Positions 38,205 through 50,587 of a DNA stretch of 64,000 nt are shown piece after piece (within the stretch, counting starts at the first letter, position 1; the number at the start of each line of letters is the position of its first letter). A program made the translations under genes and the position numbers. Below the pieces are notes generated by a model. That model did no database searches, had not been told where the DNA came from, and saw nothing but the letters and a program-made list of their open reading frames with translations. The DNA comes from Callorhinchus milii (lineage: Eukaryota), in NCBI RefSeq assembly GCF_018977255.1, contig NW_024704743.1, positions 26,414,001 through 26,478,000 on the forward strand, in the 5' to 3' direction.

Positions 38205-38637
38205 ATATAATAATCCTTGCATTTGATTTAGTGCCTTTCACCTCAGGGGAATGTCTCAAAGCTTTTCACAGAATTTACTGTAAAGTGTATTGATTGTGTA
38301 TTTGTAGGTAATACAGCCAGTCGGTTTGTGAACAGCAATTTCCAACAAACTGTCATGAAGTGAATGACTAATTTTATCTGAGGGACTGTTGACCAAAGCA
38401 TTGAGAGAAACTCCCTTCAAATAGTACCACCGGATCTTAAACATGACGTGGACAGATACACAGGACCCCAGTTTAACATCTCATCTGGATGACGTCACCT
38501 CCAACAATGCAACACTCCCCCCAGCACTGGATTGGAGTATAAGCCTAGACTAGTGAATTCAAAATCTCGAAGTGGGACTTGTATCTACAACCTACTGACT
38601 CAGATTCGAGAGTGCTACCAACTGAGGCAGGCTGACA
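38205..38637 (-). mobile_element. Deu-domain SINE, full length
   Basis: Tail at 38205, Deu core, head agagtgctaccaactgaggcaggctgac. Confidence 0.88.
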
Positions 38638-39257
38638 ATCAGGGAAGGATGCTCATTCAGTTTTTTAAAGAAAAATCACAGCCATTTTTCCCTGAAGGAT
38701 TTGGCAGCATTTGTTCTCATCCATGAGGTCTTCGGTTCGTGTTTCATCCCACGTAATATGAATTCAAAGATACACTGCACAATTGCAAGATAATTATAGG
38801 TTCTGCACTGCACAGGTGTCGAAGCAGAATGAATGGAGGGGGTAGAATTTTTTTTCTTAGGCAAGGGTATCTACTTTCTGTGGGTTAGGGCATGTGTTCA
38901 ATGCTGACAACTCTGTGCGTGTGCCCATATATTTTTACAAGGAACAGACAATCGATTGCTTGTTTGATTTTGTGGAGCTACAAACATGGCATTGGCTAGC
39001 TGGCTGGTGCACTAAGTTCACTCCCTTCCATGAGAAGTGGTAATCGGTGAACTAATAACATTAGCATTGTCTTGTGGTAAAGTTAAGCTTTCACCTTTAT
39101 CACAAAGCCCATCTTTTTAATAATTGCATATGGCCCTCCAGAGTTATTTAAACTGGGATAACCAGGCAAAAAATTATACAGCGAATAACTGCATTTTTCA
39201 GATATTACTTTTTGATATACCATATGAATGTATATGTAATATGATACGTACATATGT

Positions 39258-39545
39258 GGATCCTGTAGCTCAGTGGTTAGGGCACTTGCCTCGCAAGAGA
39301 AAGACTTGGCTTTGATTCCTGGCAGGATGAAACCTTGGACAAGTTTCCTTATTCCAGACGCCTGACAATAATCCCTGAAGTAAAAAATAATTTTGTCACT
39401 CAATCCACACTGCTGTGCGCAATTGCCATGTTTCGCCCACAAAATATACAGTCAATTCATTTTACAGTATATTCTGTGAAGCACTTTGAGACGTCTAAAG
39501 GCATGAAAAGTGCTATATCAAATGCAAAGATTATTATTATTACTA
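39258..39545 (+). mobile_element. tRNA-Ala-like SINE, short form
   Basis: tcctgtagctcagtggttagggcacttgcctcgcaag head, body, (tta)n tail. Confidence 0.88.
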
Positions 39546-39826
39546 CATATAATATACAGTTAAAGATGTAAGCACATTTTAAAAGGAAATTAGGTAAGCA
39601 TTTGAAGAACAACAAATGAAAGAGTAAGCAAAAGCGGAAAGGACTTAGGATTCCAGTGCCAGCACCAGTAAAGAATAGTATTATTATTATTATGGATAGG
39701 TTTCATGAACTGAATAGCCTCCTTCTGTGCTGTAATCTCTATGATTCTAAACTCCAGTTTAGAGTAATGTTTCTATTGCAGAACTGTATGACGCCACAGG
39801 AATTTCTGTGTGCATAGGAAAAAATC

Positions 39827-40942
39827 TGTCAACCTGGCTTAGTTGGTAGCATTCTCTCCTCTGAGCCAGGAGGTTGTGAGTTCAAGTCCCGTGTTGGGAC
39901 ATTGAATTCCCATAGTCTAGGGTGAACACTCCAAAGCAATGCTGGGCACGCACTGCATTGTTGAAGGCGTTGTCCTTCAGATGCAGTATTAACCTAAGGT
40001 CTAGTCTGTTTTTTCAGATGGACGTTAAAGATCCCTTGGGACTATTCAAAAGAAAAAGGGAGTTTCTCTTTTATCGGCCAACAATCTTTCTAATAAAACC
40101 CACTTCATGACTCCATGACTTGCTCAGCCAGTCCAGAGCCTTGGGATCTTGTTAGACCCTCAACTATCCTTTCTACCCCAAATCGGTGCCATGCCCTGCT
40201 TTGCTTTCCCCCACCTCTGCAGGGTCGCTCGGCTCCACCACTGTCGCCGAAACCCTCATACATGCTTTCATTATGTCGAGGGTTGAATATGCAAACCCAT
40301 TGCTTGTCGGCTTCCCCAACTCCTCCCTCCATAGAATGCAGATCATCTTGAACTCTGCAGTCCATGTCCTCTTCTGCACCTGGCTCTGCGACCCTATCAA
40401 CCCCATCCTCGCCCAGCTCCACTGGCTCTACCCATCACACAGAGGATACAGTTCAAGATCCTGGTCCTCACCTTCAAAACCCTGCATGGTCTTGCTCCGC
40501 CCTACCTCTGCAACCTCCTTACCCTCTACCATCCCGCTCGTTCCCTCCGCTCAGCAGGCTCAGGCCTGCTTCACATCTCCCGCCTTGCTCACCCCACTAT
40601 TGGCAGACGGGCCTTCTGCCACTTTGCCCCCACCCTATGGAACTCCATCCTGCAGTCCCTCCACCTCGTCCCCACCTTTGACACCTTCAAGACCCATCTC
40701 AAGACCTTCCTCTTCGACTGTGCTTTTGATCTCCCTCCTGCCCTCCACCCTCCCCGACCCCCAGTTCAAGTCCAAAAATCTGTCTGTCTAGCGCCTTGGG
40801 ACGTCCTCACGACGGGAAAGGCGCTATACAAATGTAATGTTGTTGTTATTTGTGGGATTTTGCTGTGTGCAAATTGGCTGCCACATTTCACCTACACTAT
40901 ACGGAGTCACTACATTTCACTCTGTGAAGTACTTGAGACATT
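39827..40942 (+). mobile_element. Deu-domain SINE split by an L2 insertion (39827-40112 and 40848-40942)
   Basis: cacttcatgact|...|atttgtgggattttgctgtgtgcaaattggctg is contiguous in the other copies. Confidence 0.82.
40113..40847 (+). mobile_element. L2 LINE 3' fragment (about 0.73 kb)
   Basis: AETLIHAFIMSRVEYANPLLVGFPNSSLHRMQIILNSA..INPILAQLHWL; stem-loop and (ttg)n tail. Confidence 0.93.
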
Positions 40943-41244
40943 GTCTGTCAGAAAATTAAACCTAACCCACTGATGTTTGAGAGAGGTGCCGTGGGGGAGA
41001 TGCGGGGGATGCAGTTTTCATGGGTTAGTGTAAGTTTCATTTCCAAAGAATGTGTCACCTCCTCTTTCTCTTTGTCTCACCATCAAATTAGTTTGTTAAG
41101 CGCTCTGAGGCGCTACACTGTGTGAAGGGCGCTATATAAATGCAAGTAATTGTAACTTTAAAAAAAGATCGATGCCATGACAAGTTTTGGCTGCAGTTTT
41201 CCTTCCCCTCCAACATCCTTTTCTCCTCAAGGTGAGGAACATAA

Positions 41245-41680
41245 TATTCCACAGTGCTAACTCTCTTTGGATACCTTATCAATTGAGTATTCTTCATGTT
41301 TAAGCCCAGACAGAGAGCATTGCATAGGCGGAATATTCAAATATGGGGCCATCACAGTCAAGCTGAGTCCTATCCACACCCGATCTCCTCACATGAACTT
41401 TCCAGTAAGAACCACTAAATAACAATATGTAACAATATGTATGTATGGCTGATTTTTACCATTGATTTGCCAGAAGTTAATTAATTCCAATGGTGTCCCA
41501 GTTGAGATAAGGTAACTCAGCACAGAATCCAGTGATGAACAGCAACAACAGCAAATTGACATTTATCAAGCGCTTTTCACATCGGGAGGACATGAGGACC
41601 TTTCAGTCTCATGTCCTCCCGATGTGAAAGGCTTTACAAAGGCTTAGCAAAGGCTTTGTCAACTGAGCTATCAGAGGACC
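41245..41680 (-). mobile_element. LF-SINE-like element interrupted by an L2-type tail and an inverted duplication
   Basis: attcttcatgtttaagcccagacagagag..catcacagtcaagctgagtcctatcc..aactcagcacaga..gaggacctttcagtct. Confidence 0.65.
41575..41629. repeat. Perfect 22-bp inverted repeat with 11-nt spacer (hairpin)
   Basis: tttcacatcgggaggacatgag (41575-41596) / ctcatgtcctcccgatgtgaaa (41608-41629). Confidence 0.95.
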
Positions 41681-42171
41681 TGATGAGAATGGATTTTTAC
41701 TTGTCTTTTGACACAATGCTACATGTGCAGTATCTCAGGTGAGATTCCTACAATTTGCAATTCGTTGGGTTCAGACATACTTTCAGGGCCTTTAACCGAG
41801 TATGTCTTTAATATATGTTGCAAAATATATAGTCATCCTATGCTTCAACTTATAGTTTGTAAGTATGGGGGTAGGTAGGCTTATTATTCGCTGTTTGACA
41901 AAGTGCTCAAATCATAGTTTTCTGAAGCTATAGACAAGAAGCAAAGAGTGTTTGCGGTAAATTCCCTTTTCCACAGTGCTTTCTGTCTTTCGATACCTTA
42001 TCACGTGTGAGTATTCTTCATGTTTGGGAAATGTGGGTTATAGTTGCCAGCAGTCTAGCTTGTGAGTGGGTTGTTTGGAAGTAATTAAAATTGAAACAGG
42101 ACAACCAAAACCTAATTTAAAAATAAGTAAAAGTGCATTTAAAGTTGGTAAAATTTGTGGGTAAACAAGAC

Positions 42172-42887
42172 CCACCTTTTCTTATCAATTTATAGAGAAT
42201 ACTGTCATTTCACAAACCAGAAGCCACTATTAGCTCAGTGACAACCTGTTTATGAACATTGTATTTTCAGTCCCTTGTTACTTTCAGTATCTGACCCATG
42301 TGCTCCTTTTTAATAGGTCTGATTCTATCCAATGTGAGGTGTATGCTCATTTACATTTTGACAAAGTAGTGAGATTCTCTCTCAGAATTGTTCCCTTTTG
42401 TATGCATTTCGCGCATAAAATGTAAGGTCAATTCACTTTACAGTGTATTCTGTGAAGCGCTTTGAGACATCTCAAAGATGTGATAAGGCGCTACATCAAA
42501 TGCAAGGATTATTATTATTTAACTCAGTTTGAGGGAGTTAGCCTAAGCTATTGACAAGCCAGAAGTCATGACCACTGATGGCTATTCGCTTGCAGGCTGC
42601 TTCTCTCAAGAAAAGGCTGGAAAACATTGTAACTAGTTTGGAAAGCAAAACTTTAGTCTTTGCTGACATTGAGTTTGGTGTGTTTTTGCTCCATCTTTTC
42701 TCATCAAGTTTATAGGGAATATTGTAATTTCACAAACAGGAAGACGCTTTTAACTCAGTGACATCCTGTTTATGAACATTGTATTTTCAATCCCTTGTTA
42801 CTCTCAGTATCTGGCCCTTGTGGTGCTTTTGATAGGTCTGATTCTATCCAATGTGAAGTGTACGCTCACTTACATTTGGACAAAGTC
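42172..42887 (+). repeat. Diverged local direct duplication of about 195 bp (42172-42367 and 42691-42887), with a SINE tail between the copies
   Basis: Shared cctgtttatgaacattgtattttca, tcccttgttact and ataggtctgattctatccaatgtga blocks. Confidence 0.9.
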
Positions 42888-43659
42888 TCAGGATAGTTTC
42901 CTTTTTCACTACAGGTGCGAGAAGGATCCGGTAAATAATCACTTGTTTTTGTTGGATTGTTGCGGTGTTATCTTTGGAAATGAATAGTTATTAAGGCGGC
43001 AATACACTACTTTGGCACTGCATTTTATGAATGTGAGAAAGATGTTCTTTGTCACATAGGATAATATTGCATTCAAGGAGCTATGTTTTTTTCAGGACAC
43101 TGACTTTATTTGCATGCTCTTATGCTTTGTACGATAGCTCAATGGTTGAAGTAATTAGTTTTTTTCAAAATCAGATGAAAGATAGTTGGACTTACCAGAA
43201 GGAACTAATTATTTCTATTTTTGGAGGCTTGAAGTACCTTATGCCCAGGCTTCCAGTAAACAAAATCATTTTCAAAAATTGTCAAACGGGAATTCTTTTG
43301 TCAACAGTGACATTTAAATGATATGTGTTGCAAGTTTGGTTTTGCGTCACTGCTTTAAAAAAAATTACAATAACAAAAAAATTACATTTGGGGAGCAATT
43401 TAACTTTGCTAAAGTGCCCTGCTGATAGGAGATCGTGGTTGAGAATGCAAGTGATTCTGGTGCATTTAGCACAGGGTACACAGAAAACAGATGAAACAAG
43501 TTTTTCACATAGTTGTTTGGTTGAGGATGGAACTTATGTTCTAAAGCTCTCTGGGAGACAGAAATAGAGGGAGTTTATCCTCTGAAAACAAGTTGAATCT
43601 TATTTGGTATTTGGTTACTAAATGTTTGAAGGTTAAAAGTCATGGACCATTATTGTTCT

Positions 43660-43856
43660 TACAGTCTGTGGAACTCCATCCCAGATTCTGTCTTACTCAC
43701 TCCCTCACCTTGTTCAAGGTCTGTCTCAAGACCTACCTCATTTTTCAATCATCTTTTCCCCTCGCCACCACCTCAGCTCCTACCCCTAGGACTGTGCCAT
43801 AGGATATCCTCCCAGCATGAAAGGCGCTATATAAATGTAAAATTGTTATTGCTGTT
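43660..43856 (+). mobile_element. L2 3' fragment
   Basis: LWNSIP..FKVCLKTYL remnant and tail gaaaggcgctatataaatgtaaa. Confidence 0.75.
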
Positions 43857-45024
43857 GTACACTGTGGCCTTGGAAACACCACCAGCAGCCCAGATTTTAA
43901 TGTTAGATTAATATAGAACATTTGGCCTTATCTTTGGTGAAGAAAACATTTCAGCGATCCTTTTTGTATTGGACCTTTCACCTGTAGTTTTTCAACCCTT
44001 ATCAAAGATTGAATAAGCTGGAAAGTGTCCTTGAGATGCATGTTGTACATGATTTGTAGGAATGAGTGAATCATGGGCTGAATGACCATTTCTCGTTCCA
44101 TACTTCTGCTCTAAAGCTCTCTCTACTTTGCCCCCAGCAATGTGTTGTACCCAGAGTCAGAAGAGCAAGTATCCTTAACATTGGATATAAATTTTTTTAT
44201 TTCCCTCATTATTCTTTTTTTAATCGCAGAGTGAGAACGCCAATTCAATAGTAATTAGTGCAGCATTTTCCCATTAGGGAGGGAGTTGACACTGCCAAAA
44301 CTTATTTTAGATAAAATCTCAAGCCAGCAGAAATTGAGTGACATACAGTATGTGCGAAGGTGCCAAGTTTGATCCCTTATCTGCAATGGCGATCAAATTC
44401 CTTTAGCATTTAAAAAAAACGTTCTAAACCAATAATGAGAACTAATTTGCATTTTCCAATTATTCTACAATGCAAAGTAACTCCCGTCTTTATGAAACAC
44501 AAACGTGTGATTATTTCAATGACATTAGGACTAAGTAAGTTAATTAGACTTCCCTGAATAATTCCAAAGTTGCACGTTGTCACTTTACAAAACATAAAGA
44601 GTAGGCAAAACAATGTCAGTGAGATATATCCGATGAGGGGATATGTGTGTTATGCAGAAGGTCAGAGAGTGGCGGGGTACCAAAGGTGTTAATGAAGGAA
44701 TGATGTGCACTCACGCACTATATCAATGCCCTGAAACATTTTTTCTCTCTCGATTGCTGTAAAGTTTTTACATGCAGGCCTCCTTCAGTAACCCCAATGC
44801 TACTGATGACAGACCAGCCAGCCTGGTTTGTCAGCCAGACTTAGAAAGGTAGATCAGTCACTGATAGCAGGGAATTTTTGTCCACTCGGCTCCTGTTAAG
44901 CCTGAAAGCTGAAGCTGGACAAACAGTTGTAAGCTTTCTATCCTCACACAATACCCCAGTAACATACCTTCCAGCAGGACTAAACCATTTGGATTGGGAA
45001 TTTGAGCTGATTTCCTCCTTAAAA

Positions 45025-45295
45025 CCATAGACGTTTGCAACATAAAAGGAGGCTATTCGGCCCATCATGCCTGTGTGCGCTCTCAAAGAGTTATCTGTTT
45101 AGCCCCTTTCTCCTACCTTTTCCTCATACCCTTTTATATTTCTCCTTTTCAGATATTTATCTTCTTTCTTAAGAGGTCATGTAGAATCTGCCTCAATTAC
45201 TATTTGAAATAGAGGATTCAATGCCCTCTGTCTAAAAAAACCTCTTAACTTCTTCTTTGTTCTTTTGGTAATCACCTTAAATCTATGCTCTCCTT
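45025..45295 (-). mobile_element. CR1 LINE 3' end
   Basis: ggaggctattcggcccatcatgcctgtg reverse-complement 3' UTR; aatctgcctcaattact coding remnant. Confidence 0.7.
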
Positions 45296-45796
45296 AACCT
45301 GCAAGCCACTTCTCGCTCAGCTCGAGGTGAACAGGGATTGAACCTGACCTAAGATTATCAGTGTTTACCATTTTAATAAATAAATTCCTTGAATAAACTC
45401 ATTGAGCCATCAGTGGAATGTCTAGAACCCTAAAAAAATATTCAAGGAACCCTGAAACACTTCAAACATTGCAGATCTCTTGTTTTTCAGAGCGATTGCC
45501 TGGAGCAATTCAGATTGCTTAAAGGATAGATGGAAATTCCCCCAGGATTTACTCTGAACATAACAGATGCTCATAAGCATTCAAAATATTCAAATCTTCA
45601 CCCTCCCCTCCATCATAGCAAATGGGATAAATGTCTACTCCTAATGGGTAAACACTGTTCAAAGTGATATTTTGTTTGTGTCCAAATGCAAGTTTATGCC
45701 AAAGATAGAGCTGTAAGATAATGGCAAAGTACTGCTTTCTAAACTGAGTGGAAGACATTATTTAAGCAAGTTACTTCCTACAGCAATCAATGCAGA

Positions 45797-46250
45797 GTGT
45801 CAAGCTGGTTCAGTTGGTAGCATTCTCATCATTGAGTTAGAAGGCTGTGAGTTCAAGCCCCACGTTGAGATTTGGAACTCATATAGTCTAAGCTGGCACT
45901 CCTATGCAGTGCTGGGGGTGGGGTGGGCAACATTGTTGGATGCCGCCGTTCGAATGAGACGTTAAACCAAGGTCCCCTCTGCCTGTTCAGGTGGATGTTA
46001 ACGATTTAATGGCACTATTTGAAACGAGAAGGGAGTTTCTCCCCAAGTCCTAGCCAACAAATCCCCCAAATAAAATTGGTTACTCATTTCATGGCTGTTT
46101 GTGGGACATTCCTGTGCACAACTGTCTGACATGTTCGGCTACAAAATAAACAGCCACTCCTCTTTGCAGTATTAAATATGTATATATTCTGTGAAGAGCT
46201 TTGAGGCATCCTCCTGATGTGAAAGGTACTATACCAAATGTGAGGATTCT
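45797..46250 (+). mobile_element. Deu-domain SINE, full length
   Basis: ctggttcagttggtagcattctc head, gagacgttaaaccaaggtcccctctgcctgttcaggtggatg core, tail. Confidence 0.88.
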
Positions 46251-46609
46251 TAATGACAGTCAAGGACAAGATTCCTGGGAACAATCAGTGGACTGATAAA
46301 AGAACGTGTGAAAAGTTTTTTTGGATTGATTCACACTTTCAAAGTTTCAGTTTCATTTATAATACTTCCATTTGATATAGTGTCTATAACATCAATGCAT
46401 TTCAAAGGTGTTCACTGACGATTGCTGTCAAGTTTACAGACTGTGCAAAGTATAGTGTACAGTAACCAGTTTGTACAAGCTAAATCCTACAAACAGTCAT
46501 GAAATAATTGATCAATTAATCTGGAGGATTATTGGCCAGGGCACCATAAGAAACTTCCTTCTCATTTTGAATAGTGTCTTTTTTTTTCTAAATGAAAGGC
46601 ATAACTTTA

Positions 46610-47725
46610 AACTCTCCCAAGCTACATTTCATATCTCCCACCTCCTCTGCCCCAAAATCTGTGGATAAGCTTCCAGCCACTTTGCCTCTGCTCCCTAGAA
46701 TTCACTTCTGAAATCCCTCTACCTCACTCCCGCCCTTTCCTCTTCCAAAGTGTATCTAAAAACATATCCCTGACTGTGCCTTCGACCAGCTGCCCCCGTC
46801 CCACTCTGTCTCTGTAAAGCACTTTGCCATATTCTCTTACACATAAGTGACAATTTAAGTACAAATTGTTATTGTTGGTTTCTTATGGTTTTGTAAGGAT
46901 TAACTGGAAGACCCTCACATACAAATTCCTTCACACTCAACCATTTTCAAATCTCTCTGACCTTCTTACACCCCACTCCTGTGCCCAGCCCCTTTGCTCA
47001 GCTAATACAGACTGGTTCCATGTCTCCTGGCTCCTATGTACCAAATCAATGGTCATGCCCCTGATGTCCCCTATGCCCATTCACGGCCTTGCTCCCTCCT
47101 ACCTCTCCGACCTACTATCCCCCTACCTACCCGCCCATACCCTCCGTTCCTCTGGCTCCGGTCTGCTCCACATCCCCCGCCCCAACCGCCCTACTATCGG
47201 TGGCCGGGCCTTCAACCTCTCAGCCCCTAAGCTCTGGAACTCTATCCCCCAGTGCCTTCGCCGCCTCCTCCCTTTCCTCCTTCAAGGCCGGTCTCAAAAC
47301 CTTTCTCTTTGACCGTGCCTTCAGCTCCCCTCTCGACTCTCTACCCCCTCCTCGCTCCCTCCCTTCCCTCCCCTCACCCTGACCATTTCCCCCCCTGCTC
47401 GGGTCCTGACCCAACTGTACAGCGCCTTGGGACGTCCTCCCGACGTGAAAGGCACTCAATAAATGGAATCTTGTTGTTGTTGTTGTTGTTGTCCACAAAA
47501 TATACAGCCAATTCACTTTACAGTATATTTTGTGAAGCGCTTTGAGACATTTCAATGATGTGACAAGGTGCCATATCAAGTGCAAGGATTATTTTTATTA
47601 TTGTGCCTATGGTCACCTCTCCTTCCTCCTTCTCCCTTGCTTGGTGTCCAAATCTGCCACCGTTGAATGCTCTGAGATGCTATCCTGCATGAAGTATGTT
47701 AATATAAATGCAAAATGTTGATGAT
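46610..47725 (+). mobile_element. Cluster of old L2 remnants (46610-46880; 46905-47076 plus 47605-47725) hosting a young L2 and a SINE 3' end (47492-47602)
   Basis: KTLTYKFLH..NLSDLLTP remnant; old-type tail gctctgagatgctatcctg..aaatgcaaa. Confidence 0.7.
47077..47491 (+). mobile_element. L2 LINE 3' fragment, young subfamily
   Basis: IHGLAPSYLSDLLSPYLPAHTLRSSGSGLL; about 95% identical by eye to 13590-13996. Confidence 0.95.
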
Positions 47726-48169
47726 TATAGACGCTGTTTGTAAATGCTCTAAGATTTTCTTCACAATGATATTTGCTATACCTAAATTTAACATTTTATA
47801 CCAAGATATTTTGCCATGCCCACTGAAACTAGTTAAGTCTTTACAAGTTAACTGCGGGATTTGACATATCTTTTAATGATTTGACATCGCTGATCAATTT
47901 TCACCGTAGAGTTTTATGTTGAATGTTCCTTTGTCCAATCTTCCTCATCAGAAAAATTATCTATTTTGGCAGCCTATACCCCGAACCCCACGAGATTTTA
48001 GAAAATATTCTCCTAAGATTCTATCGCATCCATTAGGGAATAATAAGAATGTGTAAAATCAACATTTTTTGTCAAACAAATAAAAAATACAGAAATGCAA
48101 ATCCGTTTCACCATTAGACAAGCTAGGGCTCGCTCTTCAGTCTTGCGAGAATACATCTCAGAAGTGATC

Positions 48170-48615
48170 TCATAGTGGTGTATACAATTTTAAAAGTGAT
48201 TGAAAAAGTAAACAATACTTTAGGATACACCAAGACAGTAGTACAAGAGAACAGCTGTGCGCAAATTGCCTGCTGCATTTCGTCTACTAAATAACAATCA
48301 AATCCATTTTATGGTATATTTTGTGAAGCATTCTGATATGGCATGACGACATGCTATATCAAATGCAAGGATTATTATTAACAAAGGTTTAGTGTTTAAA
48401 ATGGCAAATTCAGGACAGACACCAGGATATTTTTCTCTCTGCAGAGAGTAATTAATAACTGGTACATGATTGCCAGGAAGTTGGTTGAGACCAGGACACA
48501 GGATTCATTTAAAAAATGGTTTGATGTTGTCACGAAAGGAAGGTAGGGTAGGCGTTCTGGAGGGATAAGATCAGATGGCCCAATGGGTCTTCTTCATCCA
48601 AACAAATCTTAGATA
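48170..48615 (+). mobile_element. CR1 3' fragment interrupted by a SINE 3' part (about 48253-48380)
   Basis: SDLIVVYTILK, FRTDTRIFFS.QRVINNW remnants; gatggcccaatgggtcttcttcatc 3' UTR. Confidence 0.7.
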
Positions 48616-49379
48616 CACTGCAAATTGCCCCGAATCTCTCGAATTTTTGTTGCTAGCAACCAGGGGGTGAATTTGCAATTGAGAGATGTGCTGTGAACAA
48701 TGAGTCAGTGCTCTCTGACTAGCTTTAACATGGGCAGAAAAGTAAATCAGTGGCAGATTTTTTTTTACCAACTTTCGCTTGGATATTGTAATGCCACAAT
48801 TTTTGTCCTTGATTTTCTCGAGTTTTTTGACACTAAAAATATCCCCTGAAAAATACTCAGGTTTTTATTTTGTGAATAAAAACTTTAGTTCTGTGATCTT
48901 CTGTATCAGTGATCACAGAGTGGCAGCATTGGAAGTTCACAATTACCCCATCTTGTACATAGGGTGTATGTATGTGTGTATATATAAATATGAGTGTGTG
49001 TGTATAAATGTGAGTATCAGTGCGTATGTGTGTTTGATCGTGTGAGTATATGTGTAGAAGTGTTGAATATTTACATGTATGTGTGAGTAAATGAGTGCAT
49101 TTCAGTGGTGTGTGTGTGAGTGTTAAGTGTGTGCGGGAATAAATGTGTTTATTTGAGTGTTGTGTGTGTGTGCGTGTGTGTGATGGTGCTCACTTGCTTT
49201 TTCAACGTTGTGACATACATTTACGTTTATGATTCTGTCTTCTCAGTTTCTGCGGCAGATGGCAGTAAACAGATAGGTTTGGTAAAGAACTGCAGAGCAA
49301 TCTCGTGCACAGATCATTACAGGAGGTAAGGAGATTTCACCGAATATATTTTAAGACTTTTGAATGTGCGGAATCATCA

Positions 49380-49718
49380 AAATGTATAGCACAGAAGGAA
49401 GCCATTCGGCCCATCGAGTCTGCACCTACTCTCAGAGCAAGTTGTTCATTCATTCCCCAACTTATCCCAGACTTCTTCAAGTCTCTAACCTTCATATACC
49501 TACTCCCTCTTGAAACCCACAATAGGCTTTGCTCTAGTTCACAGGGACTTCCACATCCTAACAATGCCGTGTAAAAATAATTCTCGTAAACTTTCCTTGC
49601 TCTCCTTTTGTTCTTCTGATAACTATCATATCTATGTCCCCTAGTTATTGACTCCCCTATGAGTGGAAATAACTTCTCCCTATTTATCCTGTCAAAACCA
49701 ATCATCATTTTGTACACA
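49380..49718 (-). mobile_element. CR1 LINE 3' end
   Basis: YKMMIGFDRINREKLFPLIGESITRGH; 3' UTR atgggccgaatggcttccttctgtgcta. Confidence 0.88.
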
Positions 49719-50284
49719 ATACGTTAGTCTCTGAACATCTGCGGCGGGAAGATGTCTAAAATAGTGATGTTGCTCCTGGGAATTTATAATGGGATTTTTT
49801 GTGTCACTTGAACTCTTGGGATGAGGATGAGAGGAAATCTATCTGTTAGTTTCTTTCTTGGCTACTAAACAGTCTGTCAAGTGGGAGTGAGACATGCTAG
49901 AACAGTCAGAGGAGGAAGAAAAAGAGGATCTATTGTGCAGTGATTTGAAATTGAATTTCTTTATAAAGACAAGAACAAGCCACAGATAAGGATTCCTTCT
50001 TCCTAGCTGGAAGTGAGTCCTCCCGGTCTGTGGGAACTCTGTTTCCAGCAATAGATTGCAGCATTACGCTCCTAAAGTTCTGCCTGACACACAAGTGGTT
50101 GCTCAGATAAATCGTTGCTTGTATCTTGGATTTTATATTAAGAAATCTCATGTGAAATTGACCTATTTAAACCCTCCCGCCTTCCCTGTGTCTCCATCTG
50201 TCCAAACATGTCTCTTGCCAGTCACTCACAGAGTGCCAGCGATGGGGATTCACAACTGCCCTATCTTGCACATAGGGTGCACAT

Positions 50285-50367
50285 CGGGTCCTGACCCAAC
50301 TGTCCAGCGCTTTGGGACTTCCTCCCGACGTGAAAGGCGCTCTATAAATGAAATCTTGTTGTTGTTG
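50285..50367 (+). mobile_element. Young L2 solo 3' tail
   Basis: cgggtcctgacccaactgtccagcgc...gaaatc(ttg)n, matching the 13911 and 47400 tails. Confidence 0.9.
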
Positions 50368-50587
50368 GTGTGTGTATAAATATGTGTGTGTGTGTGTGTG
50401 TGTGTGTCTGTGTGTGTGTGTAAATGTGAGTATGAGCGAGTTTGTGTGTGTTGAATGTGTGAAGGAGTGTTAAGTGTATGCATGTATGTGGGTGAGTAAA
50501 TGTGTGTATTTCTGTGTTGTGTTTGTGTAGTGGGAATAAATGCGTGTATTTGAGTGTCGTGAATGTGTGTGTGTGTTGAGTGCTGCG

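Larger units (their letters stand above)
48912..50585 (+). repeat. Diverged local duplication of a unique+TG-rich unit (about 48912-49185 and 50225-50585)
   Basis: tcacagagtg.cagc.tgg...ttcacaa.t.ccc.atcttg.acatagggtg followed by homologous TG-rich tracts ending gggaataaatg.gt.tatttgagtgt. Confidence 0.85.
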
